Assembly: GCA_037447605.1 (NCBI GenBank)
Contig: CM074814.1
Location: 1 to 64,000 of the forward strand
Direction of reading: 5' to 3'
Source of the DNA: Zygnema circumcarinatum SAG 698-1b
Lineage: Eukaryota > Plantae > Zygnematophyceae
Length of the DNA: 64,000 nucleotides
This document shows, piece after piece, positions 1 to 12,700 of this stretch. A program made the position numbers and the translations under genes. How positions within the stretch are numbered: the first letter of the stretch is position 1; every line of letters starts with the position of its first letter. The notes under the pieces were generated by a model. The model was not told the DNA's origin and made no database searches. It worked only from the letters and a program-made list of their open reading frames with translations.

Positions 1-199
1 TGTCCATCCACCCAAGAGAAGAAAATGAGCACAAAAAACACACACATTGCAGTATTCGCATTTTCAGATGATCACATACAGTTGAAAAAATTTATATCAA
101 AAATTTTCGAGCGTGCAGTTTTGCTGAAAATAAAAAGACTACCAAAAGCAGTGGACGTTTCAAAAACCCCTTCAGGGTTCAGGGTAGAAAAAAGAGCAT

Positions 200-1010
200 A
201 ATTTCAGAAATTCAATGGTTGCCAACCATTGGATCACTGGTTCCAAACCAGTCGAATGGTTGTTCCAGTCCTGCGCCGCTGGTTCGCAACCAATCGACTG
301 GTTGCCAACCAGTGGCATCCACTGGTTGGAAACCAATCGACTGGTTGCAAACCAGTGGCATCCACTAGTTGGCAACCAGTCAAATGGTTGTTTCGCTCCG
401 CAACCACTGGTTGGCAACCAGTCGACTGGTTTGGAACCAGTGGATGCCACTGGTTGGCAATCAGTCGAATGGTTGTTTCGATCCAGCGGGACTGGTTGGC
501 AACCATTCGACTGGTTGCCAACCAGTGGCATCCACTGGTTCCAAATCAGTCAAATGGTTGTTTCGGTCCTCAACCACTGGTTGCCAACCAGTCGACTTGT
601 TTGTCTAATGGTCCGATCTGTGATACGTTTCACAGTTCGGACCAGTGGATCGGCAACCATTGGACAACCATTGGATGGCAATGGTTGGACGTCTACTGGT
701 TGGCAACCAGTCGAATGGTTGTTTCGGTCCGCAACCATTGGTTGGCAACCAGTCGAATGGTTGTTTCGGTCCGCAACCACTGGTTGGCAACCAGTCGAAT
801 GGTTGTTTCGGTCCGCAACCACTGGTTGGCAACCAGTCAACTGGTTTGGAACCAGTGGATGCCACTGGTTGGCAACCAGTCGACTGGTTTGGAACCAGTG
901 GATGCCACTGGTTGGCAACCAGTCGAATGGTTGTTTCGATCTGGCGGCACTGGTTGGCAACCAGTCGAATGGTTATATCCATTAAATCAAATGGTTGGCA
1001 ACCGTTAAAT
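200..1010. repeat. Complex palindromic minisatellite, ~42-bp unit (GGTTGGCAACCAGTCGAATGGTTGTTTCGGTCCGCAACCACT and variants), block 1
   Basis: Near-identical 42-bp units run in tandem at ~700-840. Palindromic cores GGTTG(G/C)CAACC and CCAGTCGACTGG recur throughout. The stop-poor unit explains the many overlapping ORFs with 14-aa repeats. Confidence 0.9.
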
Positions 1011-1234
1011 CACTAGTTGTAGCGAACTGAACGCTACAGCTACCAAAATGCCGTCGGCGTTTTGGAGAAAACTATTACGGTTCGGCCGTACAGAATCTCC
1101 GTACAATCATACGACTCGGCTGTACGAATCCGTACGCATCTGTACGCATCAGGCTTGTTAACGGTCTAGTTGACGGCTAGTTGTCAACGGTTGGCAACCC
1201 ACCAAAAAACACATACGACCCATTTTTGCAATTT

Positions 1235-1520
1235 TTTTTAATTTCAGAAATTCAATGGTTGCCAACCATTGGATCACTGGTTCCGAACCAGTCGAATGGT
1301 TGTTTCAGTCCTGCGCCACTGGTTCGCAACCAGTCGAATGGTTGTTTCGATCCGGCGGCACTGGTTGGCAACCAGTCGACTGGTTTGGAACCAGTGGACT
1401 GGTTTGGAACCAGTGGATGCCACTGGTTGGCAACCAGTCGAATGGTTGTTTCGGTCCGCAACCACTGGTTGCCAACCAGTCGACTGGTTTGTCTAATGGT
1501 CCGATCTGTGATACGTTTCA
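1235..1520. repeat. Second, shorter block of the same palindromic satellite family
   Basis: Begins with the same sequence as block 1 (AATTTCAGAAATTCAATGGTTGCCAACCATTGGATCACTGGTTCC, cf. ~200) and ends with TTGTCTAATGGTCCGATCTGTGATACGTTTCA, as at ~600-632. Confidence 0.9.
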
Positions 1521-1849
1521 GCGTCGTCCGTACAATCGCGCGCCTTCGGTACGGCCGCGCTCCTTCCATTCAAGCGCATTCCGCGCACCCCCTTTGGTGC
1601 GATCTAAGCCTAAGCCGTAATCCTACGACCCTAGACCTTCCATGGACCTGCCGTACATTGCCCTCACAATACGGGCACCCCCACCCCCACAAACTTGTTA
1701 GAAGAAAAGATGTCATGCCAGTCAACGACTAACAGTTCAACTCCGAGCGCTACATCGTCTTTTAGGGTTTTTACCCATTGACAGTGCCACCACCCGACAA
1801 ACAAGTTTCAACGAATCGGCATTTAGGCTTTTCTCATCTTTAATTCAGC

Positions 1850-3950
1850 ATTCTCTTTTCCAAATGATGAACAAAGCAGTAACCAAGAAGCTTATTGTAA
1901 GCATATCATTTATTGGTTTATTAATAAACCATAGGCCAAGGGAGTTTCCGAATGCTAAAGCTAAGGCGCGCACCAGTGGAGTCGGCCTCCACGTTGCCCA
2001 AGTCTCCCGCGTGGCAGACTGTGTCCGTGGGCCCTCCGTGAGTGAGTCCAAACGGGTCATGTCATCATCCATCATTTCTACTTCTTGCTGAACTTTGCGA
2101 ATGAAGGTTACCAAATCAACTCTCGCTATTGCTATGTGTTGTGGAAAATATCAATAATTAATATAGGTAGATGGTAACTGTCGTACAGCAGCAGCCAGTT
2201 CTACCGGAATCTTGAACCTTTACTCAGGAGTAAACATAGCCAGAAGGATTGATTAAACACTTGCATTGCCGTCCACTGGGGAGGGCAGAGGATAAGAAAC
2301 CCGAAGGAACCTCTAAGAATCCCCTAAAAACCCCTTGAAAACCGCTTAAAACCCCCTTGAAAACACCTAGAAAGCTTAAAATCCTAAGAACCCGAAAAAA
2401 CCCTAAAAAATCCTAAAAACCCTAAGCAGTCTCAAAAGCTGCAGGGAAGTCACGTGCCCCAGCAAAGCCCTGAGGCCTATGCTCCCGAGTGCTATCAGCA
2501 CCAACCGCAGAAAGAAAGGATTGGCAAACGTGATTGCACGCCGGCCCCCATGTAAAGTGGCAAAGTGCCGCAAAGCAGCATATTCATCCTTCACGTCCCT
2601 TCCCACAAGGACAAATAACAACTGCTGACAATCGAGCAGTCCTCTCTCCAATAGCTCACTGTCCAGGCTATTCCCTTTCTTACATATCCAATCCCGACCC
2701 TTGATTAAAACTGCCTACTCAAAAGTCGCATATGTTGTAACCACATTTTGACTATTCTGCTCCTAATTGGATGGCTGCCGTCCATCACTTGACATACTCT
2801 AAAAACATCCATCCTCAGCTTTGAAATACTCATTGTGAAGGCAAGTTATTAGGTACACAACAATCGAGTCAACTAGAAATAAAAACGGATGTCACGCAGG
2901 GCATCAATTCCTTGGAGAAACGTCTAAGAGCCCCCTGGATATCGTGCATAAGCGCAGACCACGCTTTCAAACAACCTCCTTTTCCTTTTTTTCAGCACTC
3001 TCCAACTCTTTCACCTCCCCCAGTTTATCCTCAATTTCCTTGCGGAGCTCCTCCCTCCAAAGCTCTTTCCGCGCTCCTTGTTCCTCTTCCTCAGCCTGCA
3101 CAAATCAACGCAAATCAACGCAGTGTGCACTTGTCCAGGAGATTAATTTCGATGAAATTTTGGAGATCTTAACACGGGTCAGACACGGAAACCAATCAGA
3201 GCAATACACGTGGACCTAAAGTATGCTTGCAGGCTGTCACAAAGCACTAATGTATTCTTAAAACTTCTAAACAACACACTGCCTACAACATGACCTGTAA
3301 CACACTAATCCTCCCTATTGTGGCAGTGCGCAATTTTCAATTCCCATCCATAGGGAATGTCCATGCCATGCCCACTCACACTAGTGTAGATCCAATGCTG
3401 TGTGCCATTTCCTCCAGCATTGCAATATTCAACACTCTCATAGTATCGATCCTGCAGCACACTATCTGAAACTGTAAGCATACACGCAGAGGAGCCAATG
3501 CAAAAGCCTAAAACTACGTTCAACAATCACCATACGGCCGATTAGGGTTTACAATCTCAGTCAATTTTTCACGACTTCTCAGAAACTTCGATTTCCACAA
3601 ATCAACATGCCTTTGACCCGAGTCAAAAACCGCACAATCAATTCGCACACAGCCTGCGTCCGGCTTGATTGGTACGTTAAGCTTTTGGCAAAGTGTGAAT
3701 GATGGAATCGGCGGCAAAACCGCCCGCCCGCTCTGTGGAATCGATGCCTGTGCTACTGACAGGGTTTGTAGGGCTAAACACCACGAGGCCTTGAAGCATA
3801 TGATTTGAAGCGAGGCTGCTACATTCACAGGCATCCGCAGCTATTTCTGGCAAACTTACCACACCAAAGTGCAAAAGAGAAGCCGATTCATGGATGCCGA
3901 CGTAGATTCATAGAAGCGAAGACGACGGCTCCCCATGAGGATACACAAAC
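1850..3950 (-). mobile_element. Probable decayed KDZ (Kyakuja-Dileera-Zisupton) transposase remnant
   Basis: Broken minus-strand reading frames. ACECSSLASNHMLQGLVVFSPTNPV (~3770-3830) resembles the CxC1-type motif C-x-C...L..GL...SP..P. AWTFPMDGN*KLR (~3325-3365) resembles the KDZ catalytic DGNFxLxR motif. There are multiple stops and no intact splice structure. Confidence 0.35.
2321..2426. repeat. Degenerate telomere-like (CCCTAAAA-like) low-complexity tract
   Basis: CCCCTAAAAACCCCTTGAAAACCGCTTAAAACCCCCTTGAAAA...CCCTAAAAAATCCTAAAAACCCTAAG. Confidence 0.4.
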
Positions 3951-4529
3951 AAATATCATATTTACAGCCCCCAGTACCTTTAACAAGTCAGGCTAAACCA
4001 TGGCGACAGGCCAAAACATAGTATCCTATTCTTGTATGAGAATGAAAGGACATTTGAAGCATTCCTAGTTGCTCTTGGTCCAGTTTCTCCATTACAGCTC
4101 CACATGGTTTCGTCAATCCTTTCGACATTGGTGCCTTCGAACAGAAACGCGCGGTTTAAATTTAAATAATTTTATGAAAAATTAATAACTTCACCACCAT
4201 CCCTCTAGTCGCAAAGAATTCGTGGACTATAGTACGGTATCCCCTTGTACGGTGGCCCGGGCGTTCCAGCCGTACGGTACGGACGGATGGCTTGCGCGGA
4301 TCGGGATTGCCCGCGCGGGCGTCCGCCAATGGCGGCCTCCCCGCGGGGAGCGCAACGCCGCGCGTCGCACGTGCGGGCCGCGCGGCTCCCTCCGCCCTCG
4401 CCCTTAGGCCTTAGAGCGTGCGGAGGTGCGCCCACCGCCGTTCCTCTCCTCTCCTCTCCGCTCCCCTCCTCTCCTCTCTCTGCACCCCCTCCGACGCTGC
4501 GCCACGCTTGCTCTCTGCCTCCCTCGGCC

Positions 4530-7500
4530 ATGGCGCAGACCCTGTCGGCAGCTTCCCAGCTGCAGGCCGCCCGACTTCCCGCGCGGCCCGCCATTCTCGG
4601 CTCCGATGCTGCCGCGCTGTGCCCTGCGCGGTCGGTGGCTCCCGGCAAACTCGCTGGAGCTCTGAGGGTTAGGGCCGAGCAGAAGAGTGAGAACGGATCG
4701 GCGCAGAAGGCTGGAGCTGTGGCAGCTGCCGGAGCAGTGGCCTCGTTCCTGGCTGTTCCTAGGTCAGCGTTGGCTGTTGATGTGGAGGCTGTGACTCAAG
4801 TCTTCAACCAGGTATATCGCGCTCTTTAAAATCCATTTATAACAGACATCGCCTATCGTTCTTGAAGTGCGCAATGATTGAGGTGGCTTTCCGTAGGTAC
4901 ACGATTGCATTCCTAAGCGGAATTTTGGCGTCAAGATGTTCGCTTTGTCGCTCATGTCCGGGCCGGAAACTGTCAAGGATGCCTGGGCCTGTCAAGTATA
5001 CGTTTATCAGGGTTGCAGAAATGGTCGGGGCTAAACAGTCTTTAAGTTCCCAGTTCGTTTTGAGCAAGAGTCATGTCTAGTGTGGGATATGTTTTGTAGA
5101 GCAAGAGCTGGCTAGAAGTTGGTTAGTCATGTCTCTGCAGTGCTCCCAATTGCAAATTTTCATTTTTAATTAGATTATGATTTTTGTGTTGGTTCAACGG
5201 ATGTTGGTCCTCTTGTCCGATTCCATGTATACGATGTGACATTTTCCAGTTCACAAGACAAGTCGTTAATGAAGTGAACCACGATCCATGTCTCCTTGTC
5301 GGCCAGTCTCACATTCGTCCCGGAAATGTTAATGTAGGTGGAGGAGTTTTCGAAGGAGGCGGGAGAGACGGCAACTGTCACATACGAGTATTTGAAAAAC
5401 ATTCTCGACCAGTTCATTGAGGCAGCGAAACCGGTGGTAGAGGCAGCTACGCCAGTGGTCCAGCAAGCTGCGCAGAAGGCGCTGGAGCTGGCCACTCCCG
5501 TGGCCGCCGATGTCGCCTCCAAAGCAAAGCAGGCGCTGGTGGACGCCGGCGTTGACACGACGCCAGTCTTTGAGGCTGCAAAGGTGCGGACGGTGAACCG
5601 TCCTGGGAGCGCCCGGGCCAATGACTGGCTTATCATCACGGAAAAGCTGAATGAGTGGCATTGATCTGCCATCTGTGATATATTAACAAACAGAAGAACA
5701 TTTGTGTTTTTGTGCTCCTAGTCTGGCAGCGACTGCCCCACTATCCCCTCTTATGGATTTTAGGGTTCTGGAGTAGTTCGGTTGCAGGTTGCCTGATGGG
5801 AACAGAGTTTAGCTTATGTTTCTCCTCTGATTAAGTCACTCTGGTTTTCCCCTAAAACCGATTGAACATCGTCGTACCCTTCATTTACTCCCCAAAATCT
5901 GCTGATAACTGCTGTTTATCCAAGTCTATCTTATCTTTCTGATTACATTTTAATCCGACATCTATATAACTGCTTCCAGCAGTCCTCTGTACATCATTTT
6001 TTTGGTGAAAGCTGCGAAGGGGCTCTGAGCGCAGCTGTTCCCCGGAGGGTGGGTTGGGCAGACGGCGGCGGAGGTGGCCGGCGGCGTGAGTGCGCAGACG
6101 GGGGCGGCCCTGACGGTGGCGTCGCCGTACGCGGAGTCCACCCTGGAGGCCCTCCTCGCGCAGGAGCCCGCCCTGCTGGCCGCGGGGGCGGGGGGACTCG
6201 CACTCCTCTACCTCCTCGCTCCCTCCATCCTCTCCTCCCTCGCCTACTCTGCAAGGGGCTTTGCAGGTGTGTATCGCCAACTCACCAGCCGGTCTGCTGC
6301 TGCTGCTGCTGCTCCCTGGCGTCATATTAGGCTCTCTTTTGACACGCGAAAGACATTCATGTGGATGTTTTCTGACAGCCTGGTACGCCTTGACGTTGGT
6401 CCTTAAAGGGCTGCCTTTATAAGCAAGACTTCCTTTATATTCGTCGGAAGCGCGTGTATACGTTGCAGGGCTGTAACTAATGCCGACGAACCTATCGCCG
6501 CCATCTGTCGACAGAAGACTGACATTCTTGTTACTGGTCGAGGAGCACTGCCGCTGCCTGCTGAACGGCTTGCGATCTTGATGCGTTTTTGTGTCCTGTC
6601 TAGGGGCGAGCGCGGAGGGGCGCTGACTGAGTAGTGGAGGCGGCGAGGGGGGGTGCAGGCGAGCTGACGGCGGCGCAGACCCTGGACCTGCTCTCCACGC
6701 AGGACTACCTCCTGGTCGACGTGCGGACGGAGAGGGAGCGCTCTAAGACGGGCATCCCCGCACTCCCTCGGAGCGCCCAGAAGAAGCGCTTCACAATCCC
6801 GTAAGCAGGCCTTCGACTCTCGCATGTGAGATATGATGCTGAAAGTTTAGAGTCCTTAACTGCTCGTGGTCACTGCAGTAATTTGCCCTTTTGGGCAGTG
6901 TATACGGATGCTTCTTTGCTGGGATGTCTCCCACAAAGCTGATTGCAAGGTATCCCTCAGAAGGATATGCATTGTGTAGGGCATGCCCTCGCTTGTCAAT
7001 TATCTCAACCTGCGTGCTTGAGCTGGTGGGAGTGATATGCCGGCCCTATTGTTCTTCTCCTCGACATTAAAATAGCAGGGTGCAGTCTTGTGGCTCCCTA
7101 GGAGACAGCACGTGTGGGCATCCACATGGTCTACAAGTCTTTTTGTTTTCACTTTTTGTAAAACTCCCTTTTTTATCCTTCTTCTTGCCCAAACGATAGC
7201 GCATATCCCCGCTGCTGCTATATGCAGAAGATATTCCTTGACTTCCTCCCCCCCCCAGTCCTTGCTTCTGCAACCTCTGGTTACTGTGTTAGGGTGCGCA
7301 TGATGGACCCGTTTCCGTTCTTCTTTACTGGCTCCGAGCTAGGCATCGCTCGCTTTAGGCCTTACTTTCTTTTCTTACCTGTAATCCTCTTGAATAAGGA
7401 CAACGGTCCTTCCTAAAGCCCCGTAAATGAAAGATGGAAGCTTCTTGCTGATCTCGTCTCTTGATGGGTTTTTAGAAGGTACATGGATGACGTGAGCTTC

Positions 7501-8579
7501 AAGATTACAGATGCATGGATTTCTTCCCTTCTCACTGAGTGCGGAGGATTGAGAAGCAAGTTCTGTTCTGTGCACAGTTAACCGCGGTTGAGGGTGCACA
7601 GGGTGGAGGACCTTCCCGGCAAGCTGCGGGGGCAGCTCCGCAACGCGCGCAAGGTGGAGGCGGAGCTGACGGCGATCAAGATCGCGGCCTTGAAGCGCAT
7701 CGGAAAGGGCTCGCGGATCGCCATCCTCGACTCGTAAGCGCCCCTCCTCCTCCTCCTCCTCACTGCTCTACTCGCCATCAACACTTCTCTCTCACTTCTG
7801 AAATAATTCACAACCCACCCATGCATTTCAAACAAAGGCGGGCCATCCGATGCAAACCTTCCGCCCATGATTTAAATCATGTTCGTCCTGAATTGAACTC
7901 CTTTCTGTCCACGAAAGGTTCGTGCTCAAAAACGAGCACGTGCAAATCCATTCCTGGGATTTTTATGTTGAGTGACTGATCATACCAATAACCACACCAA
8001 TAACCCGGATAACCTTGTCACGATTTCTTTTGTGTCCTAACTTGCTGTCAGCGATCGTGTCCCTGAAACAAGCTGAAATCTTCACTGCATCGCTGTAGAC
8101 CATCAGCTACAGTGGTTTATGCCATTTCCTCCTTGTGAACCGAAAGCTCCAAACCAGGAAAATGCAGAGTACGAGAAACGGTGTTTGTTGTAAGGCGATT
8201 ACATCAGCAGCGTGACAACGTGCTGGTTGTAGAGTGCCATTGACTGGAAGTTGATGCTGAATGTGCCCCTCTCTCTCTCTGTCTGTCTGTCCTTTGCAGC
8301 AACGGGAGCGTGGGCAAGTTGGTGGCGCGGTCCCTGAGCAGTCTCGGCTTCCGCAACATCTTCGTGGTGAAGGACGGTACGGACGGCGGCGCGGGGTGGG
8401 TGCAGAGCCAGCTGGCGATGGAGGGGTACAGCGGGGGCCTCTCCCCCGCGGAGGTCCTCTCGCCCTCGCGCGTCATCCCGGCGGCCTCGCGCTTCGGCAC
8501 GCGCCAGAGCGCGGGGGAGGTCGTGGACGTGCCCGCGGGCCGCAGGGGCTTCCTGCTGCCGGGCGGGGCCGAGGACTGA
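4530..8579 (+). CDS. CAS: Chloroplast calcium-sensing receptor CAS (thylakoid, rhodanese-like domain), 6 exons
   Basis: Exons 4530-4811, 5338-5583, 6062-6266, 6659-6800, 7602-7733 and 8300-8579 are all GT-AG and in phase. Product has a transit peptide, a TM segment (GAGGLALLYLLAPSILSSLA), GELTAAQTLDLLSTQDYLLVDVR, KVEAELTAIKIAALKRIGKGSRIAILDS and VLSPSRVIPAASRFGT, matching plant CAS. Confidence 0.96.
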
Positions 8580-9599
8580 GGGAGGAGAAGGCACTTTTAC
8601 TATCTTGGTTTGGGACAGTTGTGTGATTGGACTGAAATGGAACCCACGGGTCCTTGCAAAGGGGGGCCCGGTAGTGGTTGATGTAGCTTGTTCTTACTTT
8701 ATCTATGGTAGCAAAGGTTGTGTGTCAAGTCGTTGCGCTGCTAAAGGCATGCGTTTCTTGGCTTTTGGCAGCTAGGAGTGCTGAATTAGTCAGAGTAATG
8801 GACGAGATTGTTTTGAAGTCGATTCCACTGAAAAAAAATCACAAAAGCATATTTTTGTTCAAATGACAAGGAGAGGTGTTGGCATATTGCAAAGAAAGAG
8901 TCATGCAATGTCGGTTGAATTTTGCTGAAACGAGTATTCCTCGTATCGCAAAATGGGATATTCACGCTCCCCGACAAGATCCCGAATCATATCTTGCGCT
9001 GTTTGCGCGTTGATTGGCTGAAGAGACGAACTCGAGGGTTCATCGCAAGGCTTCGCTGTTCAACTTCTGCATCATCACCTTTCTGTGATTATTCTGTGGT
9101 TTGGGTCTCACGAACGGTTCAGCACTTCCCGCTCTCTCATGTCTGCTCGCTGCACTCGGCAGGAGCTTGTGTTCGCGCGTAGTTGCAGATCCACAAGCCA
9201 GCCCCATGGCACACATTTACTTCGAAATGATTCGTTGCTTCTTGCTGACATCACCCTTTCGAGAAAAAATGGCATGTAATATGTGCAATATTGCCTGGTA
9301 CCGATGGACTAGCTCCTGCAGGGTTCTTTGAAAGCACCACTGCACCAGTGACTCAACTCAACAGTCCCACCTGTGATGTGCGAATCTGAAATTCTCATGG
9401 CGTGCTTCCCTCTTCCCTCGCCTCGTCTGAAATGAACCCGCAAAAGACCCGACCCGACCAGGTGTCCTCCCTCGCGCGGAGGCAGCGGCTCTTTGTCGTC
9501 CCGTTCCGTTCCGTTCCGTCGCGGTTTGCGGCAGGCCCTCCCTCGGCCGTGTCGGCGCGCGCCCCTCGATGTCGGCGCCGGAGGCCTGGACGCATAGCG

Positions 9600-9640
9600 G
9601 CGCGCCACGTGTCGTGTTACGTGGCATTTTGTCACGTAGC
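9600..9640. promoter_or_regulatory. G-box/ABRE-like ACGT cluster upstream of the tyrosinase gene
   Basis: GCCACGTGTC (CACGTG at 9606-9611), TTACGTGGC and GTCACGTAG lie within ~40 bp, ~150-190 bp upstream of ATG 9790. A (GAGGC)n run at ~9749-9787 precedes the ATG. Confidence 0.4.
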
Positions 9641-9789
9641 GGAGTGAGGGCGCGCGACGCGATTGGACCGCGTCGGGCGTCGCGCAGACGAAGGGAGGCG
9701 AGCCGCGGAGACAAACGAAGTCCAGGGCAGGGCGGAAGGGCGGAAGGGCGAGGCGAGGCGAGGCGAGGCGAGGCGAGGCGAGGCGAGCA

Positions 9790-12700
9790 ATGGCAAGGAG
9801 CGTGGCCCCCGAGCCGTCCGCCCGCGTCCTCTTCGCCCTCTCCGCTGCCGCGATCGCCCTGCTCTTCAGCCTCTCCCTGCTCACCGCCCCTTCCGCCTCT
9901 ACGGCATGGGGGAAGGATCACACCCGCGCTACCACCTTCCGAGATGCTCTTGTTCCAGAAGGAGTTGGAGCGAGGAGGTCGCTGCTGTCCAAGGCAAGCA
10001 GGCTTTGGATTGGAAATCTGCGTAAAATGCAGTTGGAAGCTGGATCATTTTGAGAGTATGCTGAATAGAGTAGAGAATTATGGCAGGAACAAAGCAGGAC
10101 TCGTAGCAGAGCCAAATGGATGCAGATTCCTAGCTGCTTATTTCCCTCGCTTCAAGTGGCAGGCTTGCTGCCAGAATGACTGAACGCATGCCGGGGGGGG
10201 CCGGGGCGTGCAGACAGAGAGCACGGTGGCGACGCTGGCGGCGGCAGAGGCGCAGAGCTACAGCGGGTGCCGCCTCGCCGTGGTTACGCCCAACGCGCCG
10301 GCGCACGTGACGGTGCCACTGGCGGAGCCGCACCGCGCCACGCTCTTTGGTGGGGCCTCCTCGGATCTCCTAATGCTGCGCAGCTCTCCCGAACCTGCTT
10401 GCCGATTGCATTCCTTCCCTGTTGAGTCTCTCTTCTGATTCGTAGGGCCTCTCGTTTGACTCATATTCTTAAACTCCCACGCCCAACAGCATGCAAAAGT
10501 TCATTCTCGTCCCCAATGGTGGACTCATTCATGTCATTCAATGTGTGCCTGGATGCCTGATGATTGGTCCCTGGTCACTCTGTCGATGTCGAGCAGTGCA
10601 GGGGAAGCGCTTGAGCAGTCAAGGTAGTCCTCGCAGCTGCTTGAATTCTGCGTGCCTCTGACAAGGAGGCCATTGCGGGCGGCATTGCAGAGCTGTCGCT
10701 GAGCTGCTCCGCGGGAACGGAGCCGAGCGGCGTGGTGCTGCTAGCCGAGGGCCCGGACGGGGCGACGGCCGCGGGGCTGCGCGTGACGTTCACGTACACG
10801 CAGGCCGGCCCCGCGGAGCTGCGCGTCTACGCCTGCCTCGCGGCCGACCTCGGGGACGCGCCCTGCTCCCTCCAGCGCAGCCGTCAGGTGGCCCTCCCTC
10901 CGTCCTTCAAGCCAACTCTCACTCCCGTCCAGATGATTTCGGGATGCTTAGGGTTTCGGGGAATTGGGGGTTTCAGGGCGCTTTGGTCTATATAAATGTC
11001 TAGAGTGTTTGGGAATTTTGAGAAATTTGATGCTTTGGGGTGTTTAGCTGAGGTGAGGTGAGATGAGGTGAGGAGCTGCCACGCGCGCTGATGTTTTTAG
11101 GAGCGCTGCGCAGACCTTCACGGTGCGCGTGGCCGTGCTGTATGTGAGGCGCGAAGTGCGCAGCCTCTCCAAGGACGACGCGCAGCGCTACTTCACCGCC
11201 CTGAAGACGCTGCGAAACTACACCACGCCGGAGGGCCAGCTCATCTACGGGCCAATGTAGGTTGAAACGAGCTGTGTTTCTGCTGGCGGCTTCCGCTGCC
11301 TCGACATGCCCCCTGCCTACCTAGAGCGGATGTTCGTCTGAGCTGACGTTGCCTTGCACATCCCCCGTGGCTTTGGCAGGTTCCGCTCGTACTCGGAGTT
11401 GACAACGCGCCATATGGCAGTCGCCTGGGGCGAGTACGGGCAGTGTAACATGGGCCACAATGGACCCGCCTTCCTCCCTTTCCACCGCGCATTTGTTCGC
11501 GAGTTCGAGCTCGCCCTTCAGGTGGGCTCCTCCTCCCGACGGCCGCTCCACTCAGCGGGCGATCGGCCGGCGCCCGCGCTCGTTCTGACGGTGGGGGAGT
11601 CACTGGGCCGTCTCTGCAGGCCGTGGACCCGTCCGTGGCGTCCGTGTACTGGGACTACATCGCGGACGGCGACCTGGACTCGCCCTCGGAGTCCGCCATC
11701 TGGAGCGCCGACCTGTACGGCAGCATGGTCGGGGACCCCGAGGACCGCTATATCGGTGAGCGCCAGACGCGGGCCTCACTCAGCGCGGCTCGGCTCGGCT
11801 CGGCTCGGCTCGGCTCGGCTCGGCTCGGCTCGGCTCGGCTCGGCTCGGCTCGGCTCGGCTCGGCTCGGCTCGGCTCGGCTCGGCTCGGCTCGGCTCGGCT
11901 CGGCTCGGCTCGGCTCGGCTCGGCTCGGCTCGGCTCGGGTCGGGTCGGGGCCCTCTGCCGCCCGCCGCTGCCTCTGACGCGCGGGGCGGGGCGGGGCGCT
12001 GTGGGGGGCGGCAGTGAAGGACGGGCAGTTCGCGAACTGGACCATTCCGAGCGGCGACGAGGCGGTGATGATGGCGGCCTACACGTGGGGCGAGCTCGGG
12101 CCCACCAACGTCGTCAACCCCTACGGCTTCCTGCGCTCGTGAGGGCTGCGGCTGCCTGCCTCCCCGAACAGACCCAAGCCGGTTGTTCTGAAGCCGAGCA
12201 GCGGCAAGCAAGTCCCTCCGACATGCATGCATGCATGCATGTGCATGCCTGCCTGCTGATGCTGATGCGTTGCGTGCAGGCCGGAAGTGAACAATCCGTC
12301 GCCGTACCTCACGCGCATGGGCAACACGATGGGCGATTCTCTGCCCAGTCGAACCAACTGGGCAGCTTGCTACGCAGAGACGTACCTCGGCGAGGTCATC
12401 TCCTGCATCGAGAAATTCGGTGCAGTGACGCCCTCCTGCTGCCTGCCTGCCCTCGCTCGCGCATGGCCGCTTCACAGTCAGCCCAGGCTGGCCTGACGCG
12501 ACTCGCCATTTGGATTATAGGGAGGGAACCTCTGTAGCTCATCTGAAGTTAATGATCTGTCTGCAGTGCACGTTTCGGCCCACAACATCATCGGAGGAAA
12601 CACTGGGATGCCCTCCTTTTCCGAAATGGCGAACGAGATTGATTGTTCAACTTACGACTCGGCTGCGGAGTGCGCAGAGGCATTTGCAATGTTTTACTCA

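Noticed and set aside
1010-1050. Possible Helitron 3' end (GTAGCG-loop-CGCTAC hairpin next to CTAG on the minus strand)
   Set aside because: The hairpin is only ~2 nt from CTAG rather than ~10-12 nt, and no matching 5' TC end or A/T insertion site could be identified.
200-1520. CRISPR-like appearance of the palindromic repeats
   Set aside because: There are no unique spacers between repeats and no cas genes, and the context is a eukaryotic intron-containing genome.
172-1732. Many overlapping ORFs of 60-260 aa with 14-aa repeats
   Set aside because: They are produced by the stop-poor 42-bp satellite in all six frames. There is no splice structure or recognisable domain.
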